A DNA stretch of 32,000 nt from Citrobacter sp. Marseille-Q6884. GTDB taxonomy: Bacteria; Pseudomonadota; Gammaproteobacteria; Enterobacterales; Enterobacteriaceae. Where the stretch lies: positions 741,513 to 773,512 of the forward strand of contig NZ_CAMDRE010000002.1 of NCBI RefSeq assembly GCF_945906775.1, in the 5' to 3' direction. The notes below the pieces were generated by a model. It was not told the origin of the DNA and did not search any database. It worked only from the letters and a program-made list of their open reading frames with translations. Positions 26,391 to 32,000 of this stretch are shown here, piece after piece (position 1 is the stretch's first letter; the number at the start of each line of letters is the position of its first letter). A program made the position numbers and the translations under genes.

Positions 26391-26567
26391 ATGTTTTCAG
26401 CAGGTAATGACACGAAGGAAGGTGTTGAGTACATCACTGGTACTGATGGCGTGAAAAGGCCAATGTCTTATTACAAGGCTGCGGCTGAACGGGCAAGAAA
26501 GGAAAATGAACCTCAAAAATATGGTTCTTTTTTTGATTTTCTTGATAATCCGCAATGGCCATTCTGA
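26391..26567 (+). CDS. small hypothetical protein (58 aa) between Q and the lysis genes
   Basis: The ATG lies 5 nt after AGAGG. MFSAGNDTKEGVEYITGTDGVKRPMSYYKAAAERARKENEPQKYGSFFDFLDNPQWPF. An intrinsic terminator follows 10 nt later. Confidence 0.5.
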   Translation: MFSAGNDTKEGVEYITGTDGVKRPMSYYKAAAERARKENEPQKYGSFFDFLDNPQWPF

Positions 26568-26577
26568 ATATCAAACA

Positions 26578-26600
26578 GGTCGCTTAGGCGGCCTTTTTTA
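26578..26600 (+). terminator. intrinsic terminator
   Basis: GGTCGC-TTAG-GCGGCC followed by TTTTTTAT. Confidence 0.7.
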
Positions 26601-26659
26601 TTGCACCAAATCCCTACCAGGACCATAAGAGCGAAAGCTCAACGCACTACCCTCATCTT

Positions 26660-26684
26660 GCCCACTTCGCCGTGGGCTTTTTTA
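26660..26684 (+). terminator. intrinsic terminator (tR'-like)
   Basis: GCCCAC-TTCGCC-GTGGGC followed by TTTTTTAT, about 100 nt upstream of the holin gene. Confidence 0.7.
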
Positions 26685-26784
26685 TTCGCGCCCATCCATA
26701 CAGCTAACCACTTACTCCTTGAACGCAATGGGTGAGGCGCTTCTCTCTACGACACAGCACCCGCTAATTACGCGAGGTGAGAGC

Positions 26785-27000
26785 ATGTATCGAATGGACA
26801 AACTAACAACGGGCATCGCCTATGGAGCTTCAGCCACCAACACCGGCTACTGGTTGTTGCAGCTAACAGATCGTGTGTCTCCATCACAATGGGCGGCAAT
26901 TGGTGTCATTGGAAGTCTGGTGTTTGGCCTTCTGACGTATCTGACAAATCTCTATTTCAAAATCAGAGAGGATCGGCGTAAAGCCGCACGAGGTGAATAA
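26785..27000 (+). CDS. S: phage-21-type pinholin (S21-like) with a dual-start motif
   Basis: 71 aa from ATG 26785 (GAGGTG SD). [14 protein letters not shown]...GYW.LQ....[37 protein letters not shown] is very close to S21 (MKSMDKISTGIAYG...) from memory. Met1/Met4 match the S21 71/68 arrangement. Confidence 0.9.
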   Translation: MYRMDKLTTGIAYGASATNTGYWLLQLTDRVSPSQWAAIGVIGSLVFGLLTYLTNLYFKIREDRRKAARGE

Positions 27001-27497
27001 TGTCTCCAGCATTGCGGAACAGCGTACTTGGTGCCATTGGTGGCGGGGCTATTGCTATAGCTTCTGTGCTGATCACCGGTCCGAATGGTAATGATGGACT
27101 CGAAGGCATCCGATACGAGCCGTATCAGGATGTTGTTGGGGTGTGGACCGTGTGCTGGGGTCATGCCGGCAAAGACATTATCCTCGGCAAGACCTACACA
27201 AAATCCGAGTGTCAGGCGCTGCTTGATAAAGACCTGAACACCGTGGCGCGTCAGATTAACCCGTACATTAAGGTTCCCATTCCAGAAACGACTCGAGGGG
27301 CGCTTTACTCATTTGTCTACAACGTCGGCGCTGGCAACTTCAAAACATCCACACTGCTACGCAAAATCAACCAGGGTGACATCCAAGGTGCATGCGAACA
27401 GTTAAAGCGATGGAATAAAGCCGGTGGCGTTGTCTGGAAAGGATTGATTACCCGGCGTGAAATTGAGCGTGAAGTCTGCGAGTGGGGGCAGAAATGA
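27000..27497 (+). CDS. R: SAR endolysin (GH24 lysozyme, R21-like)
   Basis: 165-aa ORF. The N-terminal signal-arrest-release segment is [18 protein letters not shown]. The catalytic region GLEG..Y.PY.D.VGVWT.C.GH is near-collinear with phage 21 R. Confidence 0.92.
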   Translation: MSPALRNSVLGAIGGGAIAIASVLITGPNGNDGLEGIRYEPYQDVVGVWTVCWGHAGKDIILGKTYTKSECQALLDKDLNTVARQINPYIKVPIPETTRGALYSFVYNVGAGNFKTSTLLRKINQGDIQGACEQLKRWNKAGGVVWKGLITRREIEREVCEWGQK

Positions 27498-27955
27498 GCC
27501 GGTTAACCGCAATCATCATTGCCGTTGTCGTCTGCATCATCGTGTCGCTTGGCTGGGCTGTTAATCACTACCGCGATAACGCCTCCGAATACAAGAAACA
27601 GCGCGACGAGAAAACTAAGGCGCTGAATATGGCTAACGACACTATCACCGACATGCAGACCCGCCAGCGTGATGTTGCTGCTCTGGATACCAAATACACT
27701 CAGGACTTAGCTGATGCGAAAAAGCAGCTTGATGATTTGCAGCGTTGCGTTCGTGATGGCAAGTGTGGGTTGCGCGTCAACGCAAAATGTCCCACGAACG
27801 GAGCGACCGGCACCGGCAGCCTGGGCGATGCTTCCGGCCCCCGACTTACAGACTCCGCTCAACGGGATTATTTCACCCTCAGAGAGCGAATTGCCACAGT
27901 GACTAAGCAGGTCGAATATCTGCAGGACTACATCAAGACGCAGTGCCTGAGGTAA
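27494..27955 (+). CDS. Rz: i-spanin Rz
   Basis: The ATG at 27494 ([21 protein letters not shown]...) gives an N-terminal TM segment followed by a coiled-coil periplasmic domain. It directly follows the endolysin gene. Confidence 0.88.
   Translation: MSRLTAIIIAVVVCIIVSLGWAVNHYRDNASEYKKQRDEKTKALNMANDTITDMQTRQRDVAALDTKYTQDLADAKKQLDDLQRCVRDGKCGLRVNAKCPTNGATGTGSLGDASGPRLTDSAQRDYFTLRERIATVTKQVEYLQDYIKTQCLR
27714..27902 (+). CDS. Rz1: o-spanin Rz1 (embedded in the +1 frame of Rz)
   Basis: 62-aa ORF within Rz. It has a lipobox (VMASVGC) and a Pro-rich mature part ([22 protein letters not shown]). Confidence 0.85.
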   Translation: MRKSSLMICSVAFVMASVGCASTQNVPRTERPAPAAWAMLPAPDLQTPLNGIISPSESELPQ

Positions 27956-27958
27956 GAG

Positions 27959-28159
27959 GTGAGAAAGCGAGAGCGCGAAGTAACATTGCTCTACGGAATA
28001 TCACTCATACGCGATGACGTTCTCAATCATCCTGAGATAAAGCCAACGCTGGCTGACAGAATAATCACCCTCATACACCACTTTTTCTACATCGCATCTG
28101 CGCTTGTTATCGCAGCGTCAGGATTCGCATTCTTCATCTGGTCATCGACATTTCTGTAA
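27959..28159 (+). CDS. small membrane protein (66 aa, GTG start)
   Basis: The GTG lies 7 nt after GAGG, right after the Rz stop. The C-terminal hydrophobic helix is IITLIHHFFYIASALVIAASGFAFFIW. Confidence 0.45.
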   Translation: MRKREREVTLLYGISLIRDDVLNHPEIKPTLADRIITLIHHFFYIASALVIAASGFAFFIWSSTFL

Positions 28160-28189
28160 GTCGATGCAATACAACAACCGGAGCCAACA

Positions 28190-28432
28190 ATGGCAGAGCT
28201 AAATACCATGACTGACGAACAGAAATTCAAGTTAGAAATTTACAAGCTGGTCATGAGCCAGAATGCGGCCGCTGAAGAAGCTTTCTCCTTTATCGGGACT
28301 GACCAATTGAAACTGGAGTTGTTCAAAATCCACTTTCAGGCAGGCGGCGCGAATTCAGATGTCACTACTCGAACGATTGAGGCTGTGCGCAAATCGAAAG
28401 AAGCGTTGGGCCTTTTCACTACCGGAGCATGA
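28190..28432 (+). CDS. small helical hypothetical protein (80 aa)
   Basis: The ATG lies 6 nt after GGAG. The stop lies 1 nt before the start of the next gene. Confidence 0.55.
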   Translation: MAELNTMTDEQKFKLEIYKLVMSQNAAAEEAFSFIGTDQLKLELFKIHFQAGGANSDVTTRTIEAVRKSKEALGLFTTGA

Positions 28433-28433
28433 T

Positions 28434-28934
28434 ATGACCACTGTTGCATGGGACGGAAAGACATTGGCATCTGACACCCAGGCTTCAACTGGTGATGTCG
28501 TTTGCTCTCTCAGTGAGCAGAAGATTTACACTGCTCCATCATCAGGATGGGAAGTGTACGGAGACAAGATCGTTGCCGTTGGGTGCTCTGGTGATTGCGG
28601 AGCTGAAATGGAACTGCAAGAACTCATGACGAATGGCCTGACATATGCCACTGAGTTTCTCCCAACCTTCGGATTCTCTGCCATAGCTATTATTGGCCAC
28701 GGTCGAGCGTATGTAATTAGTAAAAAAGAAGGTGATACCCGGGCAAATATTTCGCTTCAGGTTGAGCCTTACGCCATAGGTTCTGGTGGATTAATTGCCA
28801 GAGCTGCAATGCGATGCGGTAAAGACGCTCGTGATGCTGTACGGGTAGCGATTGAGATGGATTGCTACTCAGGCGGCAATGTCGATTCATTCACCATCGA
28901 CCAACTGCCATACATCATTGTGGGGAAAGATTAA
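28434..28934 (+). CDS. HslV / proteasome-beta-like Ntn threonine peptidase (stand-alone)
   Basis: 166 aa from ATG 28434 (GGAG 6 nt upstream). It starts MTT like HslV. Asp in LASDTQAS (compare IAGDGQAT) and Lys in EQKIY sit at the same relative offsets as HslV D17 and K33. Also AVGCSGD (compare AGFAGGTAD) and an identical AIGSGG. Confidence 0.7.
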   Translation: MTTVAWDGKTLASDTQASTGDVVCSLSEQKIYTAPSSGWEVYGDKIVAVGCSGDCGAEMELQELMTNGLTYATEFLPTFGFSAIAIIGHGRAYVISKKEGDTRANISLQVEPYAIGSGGLIARAAMRCGKDARDAVRVAIEMDCYSGGNVDSFTIDQLPYIIVGKD

Positions 28935-29006
28935 ATGACACTTAAAAAAGGTCGAAGCAAAAAAGTTATCGGTGAGAACATCGCAACCGAAATTAAAGCC
29001 CACTAA
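28935..29006 (+). pseudogene. short (23-codon) copy or 5' fragment of a small Lys-rich protein gene
   Basis: MTLKKGRSKKVIGENIATEIKAH* starts right after the previous stop (TAAATG). Its TAA shares 2 of its 3 bases (29004-29005) with the TAG of the convergent HNH gene (29003-29005). It is paralogous to the N-terminus of the 29606-29743 ORF. Confidence 0.35.
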
Positions 29007-29596
29007 GTGGGCTTGGTGGTGGAGTTTGGTGCGTGCGGAGTGTGCTTCATATGCCTCAATGAATGGCAATTTGGGCATAACGGAATCAGATTACTAGGGT
29101 GATTGTTAAGTCTGTTTTCGTCATCATGATGAACTCCAATTATTCTTGGCTCTTCATCATATCCGCAATCGTGACACTTATTTAACATGCCCCTAACAAG
29201 CATCCATTTTCTTGCTGTTGTAAATGATGCTGGTGATTCACTCCCCATTACCCGGTAATCAAAAGAGCATTGCTTACTGCAGCAATCTTTATCGGCGCTG
29301 GGTGATGTGAAAAAAGTCTCATTGCAAAAAAGACATTTTTTCTCAACCGTCCCTTTCTTGTTCATCGCTTTGTAGTAACAAGATCTTGAGCAATATTTTG
29401 CTTTGTTTGAGCGGGATGATATGTGACTAAACTCATTTCCGCACGTCACGCAGTTCGCTATTACCTGCACCTTAGCTGCATGCGCCAGACATGAGCGAGA
29501 GCAGTATTTAAAAGACTCAAGTCTATTTTTAGGTACGTAAACAATCTTTCCGCAATGTTGACACGGCAATTCAGATCCAGTTTTTAAATAACCCAT
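29003..29596 (-). CDS. HNH endonuclease with three N-terminal zinc-ribbon repeats
   Basis: 197-aa ORF. Three repeats of C..CG/N...(10-14)...(Y)C(S)(R/K)(S/Q)C, then VHHDDENRLNNHPSNLIPLCPNCHSLRH (HNH). It is AT-rich and on the opposite strand to all its neighbours. Confidence 0.85.
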   Translation of the reverse strand: MGYLKTGSELPCQHCGKIVYVPKNRLESFKYCSRSCLAHAAKVQVIANCVTCGNEFSHISSRSNKAKYCSRSCYYKAMNKKGTVEKKCLFCNETFFTSPSADKDCCSKQCSFDYRVMGSESPASFTTARKWMLVRGMLNKCHDCGYDEEPRIIGVHHDDENRLNNHPSNLIPLCPNCHSLRHMKHTPHAPNSTTKPT

Positions 29597-29605
29597 AGGT
29601 GATTT

Positions 29606-29743
29606 ATGCCCTTATCGAAAGGTAGTGATAAAAAGACGATTAGCTGAAATATCAAGAAGCTAATTGTACAAGAAAATAAGCCAAAAGACCAGGCGGTCGC
29701 AATTGCTATGAGCAAGGCCGGTAAGAAAAAGAAAGGAAAATAA
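29606..29743 (+). pseudogene. small Lys-rich protein gene interrupted by an in-frame TGA (29645-29647)
   Basis: An AGGTG SD precedes the ATG. [44 protein letters not shown] is read in one frame. It ends 2 nt before the terS ATG. Confidence 0.4.
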
Positions 29744-29745
29744 TT

Positions 29746-30390
29746 ATGCAGAAACCGGACTGGGAAAGGATTGAGGTTGATTACCGGGCCGGTGTTCTTT
29801 CTGTAAGAGAAATTGCATCAAGCCAGGGAATATCTCATACCGCCATAAACAAGCGGGCAAAAGGTGAAGGGTGGGAGCGAGATCTAAACGCAAAGATTAA
29901 TGCCAAAGCTGATGCCTTGGTTTCCAAGCGCGAGGTTTCCACTAAGGTTTCCACCGGAAACTCAATTTCAGAAAAGCAGATTGTCGAAGCCAATGCGGAG
30001 GTTATCGCTAATGTTCGCATGGAGCATCGAGGCGATATACGAAAGGCTCGGGCGCTAACTAATGCGTTGCTGAATGAGCTTGATGCTGAATGCTCTGACG
30101 TTCCGGCTCTTGAGCAGCTTGGTGAGTTGCTAAGGCGAGAAGATGATAAGGGAATGGATAAGCTAAATGACCTTTACCACAAGATCATTAGTTTACCTGG
30201 CAGGGTGAAAGCCATGAAGGATTTAGCTGATAGCCTGAAAAACCTTATCGCACTTGAGCGACAGGCCTATGGGCTAGATAACCCTGATGCAGGTAAAAAT
30301 ATCCCCCTCAAAGATAAAACTGACGACGAGCTAACGCGGCGCATTCAGGAGCTAATGAATGGAAAATCTGACGCGGGAGCAAAAGCTTGA
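29746..30390 (+). CDS. terS: terminase small subunit
   Basis: 214-aa ORF directly upstream of and overlapping terL. The N-terminal HTH-like region is DYRAGVLSVREIASSQGISHTAINKRAKGEGW. Confidence 0.75.
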   Translation: MQKPDWERIEVDYRAGVLSVREIASSQGISHTAINKRAKGEGWERDLNAKINAKADALVSKREVSTKVSTGNSISEKQIVEANAEVIANVRMEHRGDIRKARALTNALLNELDAECSDVPALEQLGELLRREDDKGMDKLNDLYHKIISLPGRVKAMKDLADSLKNLIALERQAYGLDNPDAGKNIPLKDKTDDELTRRIQELMNGKSDAGAKA

Positions 30391-31804
30391 GTTGGTTCAG
30401 CTTTTAGAAGAACAAAAGCGACGCCAGCACGTCTATAGGTATCGCGATTACTATGCGACGCGCTATGACTGGCAAAAGAAATTTATTTCCCACACCGCAA
30501 ACTTTTCACAGGTTGCGCTGATCGCCGCTAACCGAGTTGGTAAAACTGACACTGCAACATTCATTGATGCCATTCATGCTATTGGAGATTATCCAGATGA
30601 CTGGGCAGGTCATAGGTTTACGCATGCTCCCCTGATCTGGTGCCTTGGGTATTCAGGTGAAAAATGCCGTGACTTACTTCAAACCCCTCTAATTGGCCGT
30701 AAGACGGATAAGGGATGGGAAGGTGGGCTAATACCAGGTGAACTGATCACCGGCACTGAAATCATGCAGGGAACTGCCAATGCCATGCGTTCGGTGTATG
30801 TGAAACATAAATCAGGTGGCGTCTCCAAGATTCAGTTCTGGTCGTATTCACAAGGACAGCATGCATTGATGGGTGACGCCGTCGACTGGTTCCACATTGA
30901 CGAAGAGCCAAAGGATCCGACCATTTACCCCCAGGTGCTGACGCGAACCGCAACTGGCGACTCAGGCAATGGCGGGCGTGGCATTCTGACTTTTACGCCA
31001 GAGAACGGGCGCACAGAGTTGGTTATCCAGTTTATGGATTCTCCTTCATCTGCACAGCATTGCATGAATGTAGGCTGGGACGACGCACCTCACCTTAGCG
31101 ACCGGGTCAAAGAAGAATTGCTAGCATCATTCCCTCCGCACCAGAGAGATATGCGAACCAAGGGTATACCAATGCTTGGGCATGGCCGGATTTATGATGC
31201 CAGCGAAGAACTTATCACCTGCGACCCGTTCCCAATCCCCGATCACTGGTTTGTTATCGACGGCATGGACTTCGGTTGGGATCACCCACAGGCGCACGTC
31301 CAGTTAGCCTGGGACAGGGATGAAGATAAGTTCTACCTGACCCGCGCATACAAGGCCAAGCAGACATCACCAGCTGAGGCGTGGTTCGCCACCAAGATGT
31401 GGGCGAATGGCATACCGACAGCGTGGCCGCACGACGGCCTGCAAACGGAGAAAGGATCAGGGCTCCAGCAGAAGACGTATTACGAGGAGGCCGGCTTCGA
31501 CATGTTGCCTGACCGCGCTACCTGGGAAGACGGCAGCAACTCAGTTGAGGCTGGCCTGTTCGAGTTGTACGACCTAATGCGCTCTGGGCGACTGAAAGTA
31601 TTCCGCGGTCTGCGTGACTGGTTCGAGGAATACAACTTCTACCACCGTGACGAAAAAGGCCGCATCGTGAAGATCCGCGACGACCTGATGGACGCCACCC
31701 GCTACGCATACATGATGCGCCGGTTCTCCATCCGTTACGGTGATATTGGCAGGCCGAAATTCAATGACTACTCAAACTACAACATACCCTGCGGAGTTGG
31801 ATGA
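30359..31804 (+). CDS. terL: terminase large subunit
   Basis: 481-aa ORF. Walker A-like AANRVGKT, Walker B-like VDWFHIDEEP, and a C-terminal nuclease-like region (IDGMDFGWDHP...DDLMDATRYA). Confidence 0.9.
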   Translation: MENLTREQKLELVQLLEEQKRRQHVYRYRDYYATRYDWQKKFISHTANFSQVALIAANRVGKTDTATFIDAIHAIGDYPDDWAGHRFTHAPLIWCLGYSGEKCRDLLQTPLIGRKTDKGWEGGLIPGELITGTEIMQGTANAMRSVYVKHKSGGVSKIQFWSYSQGQHALMGDAVDWFHIDEEPKDPTIYPQVLTRTATGDSGNGGRGILTFTPENGRTELVIQFMDSPSSAQHCMNVGWDDAPHLSDRVKEELLASFPPHQRDMRTKGIPMLGHGRIYDASEELITCDPFPIPDHWFVIDGMDFGWDHPQAHVQLAWDRDEDKFYLTRAYKAKQTSPAEAWFATKMWANGIPTAWPHDGLQTEKGSGLQQKTYYEEAGFDMLPDRATWEDGSNSVEAGLFELYDLMRSGRLKVFRGLRDWFEEYNFYHRDEKGRIVKIRDDLMDATRYAYMMRRFSIRYGDIGRPKFNDYSNYNIPCGVG

Positions 31805-32000
31805 TGGCAGACGATAAAAAGATGGATGACTGGCATCGTAAGGCACTATGCAACTTCGATAACGCCTGGTCAGCGACGCAGGATATGCGTGAGCAGATCA
31901 TCGAGGCTCAACGATTTGTCAGGGTATCCGGTGCGCAGTGGGAAGGGAGCACCAACGCAGGCTACTCATTCGATGAGGGGCGCTTTGAGCATTACCCGCG
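31801..32000 (+). CDS. portal protein, N-terminal fragment (P22-like); runs off the window
   Basis: ATGATG overlaps the terL stop. M(M)ADDKKMDDWHRKALCNFDNAWSATQDMREQIIEAQRFVRVSGAQWEG parallels the P22 gp1 N-terminus ([44 protein letters not shown]) from memory. Confidence 0.7.
   Translation, partial: MMADDKKMDDWHRKALCNFDNAWSATQDMREQIIEAQRFVRVSGAQWEGSTNAGYSFDEGRFEHYP

Larger units (their letters stand above)
7062..32000. mobile_element. lambdoid prophage, left end and about 25 kb; right end lies outside the window
   Basis: The integrase gene ends 26 bp after the fliE stop. It is followed by xis, N/cI/cro/cII, replication, nin, Q, lysis and packaging genes in canonical lambdoid order. GC content drops relative to the fli genes. 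Confidence 0.92.

Noticed and set aside
28359-28433. N-terminal extension of the HslV-like ORF in the track (MSLLERLRLCANRKKRWAFSLPEHD...).
   Set aside because: It would overlap the 80-aa ORF by 74 nt. The ATG at 28434 has a GGAG SD and yields the MTT N-terminus required for an Ntn Thr nucleophile.
29003-29596. The HNH endonuclease as an HK97-type packaging cofactor of the terminase.
   Set aside because: Not fully rejected, but less likely. The gene is on the opposite strand, is AT-rich, and is flanked by fragments of a duplicated small gene. The portal looks P22-like (headful packaging). A homing-type insertion fits better.

Overview
The window joins two regions. Positions 1-7061 are enterobacterial chromosome, Salmonella/Citrobacter-like judging by the flagellar protein sequences. 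This part carries the start of fliL, then fliK-fliJ-fliI-fliH-fliG-fliF on the minus strand, and divergent fliE. From about 7062 to the window end lies the left ~25 kb of a lambdoid prophage, integrated about 26 bp downstream of the fliE stop.

The prophage is a mosaic:
- int and xis.
- A minus-strand early-left operon with DUF2591/NinX-like, TraR-like, two DNA methyltransferases, a Myb-like repeat protein, a Rad52-type annealase, a DUF1351-like coiled-coil protein, DUF551 and several small unknowns.
- A lambda-type control region: N, nutL, PL/OL, a cI-like repressor, OR/PR, cro, nutR, cII and an oop-like antisense RNA.
- A replication module: an initiator with internal iterons plus a DnaC-like loader.
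- Ea22-like and unknown genes, then ninB, ninG and a QuuD/82-type Q.
- A phage-21-type lysis cassette: S21-like pinholin, SAR endolysin, and Rz with embedded Rz1.
- A small cargo cluster, an HNH endonuclease, terS, terL and the start of a P22-like portal gene.

I saw no tRNA, rRNA, CRISPR array or IS element.

Observations I rank highest:
1. The C5-methyltransferase gene (10402-11170) is covered end to end by a second same-strand ORF in the +1 frame. That ORF has its own well-placed ATG.
2. A stand-alone HslV/proteasome-beta-like threonine protease sits with two small partner ORFs between Rz and terS (27959-28934).
3. The HNH gene is flanked by two diverged copies of a small Lys-rich gene. One copy is truncated exactly at the HNH stop and the other has an in-frame TGA.
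4. A perfectly antisense ORF pair lies downstream of N (15410-15751), and both members look real.

All family assignments come from motif reading and memory. No searches were run.
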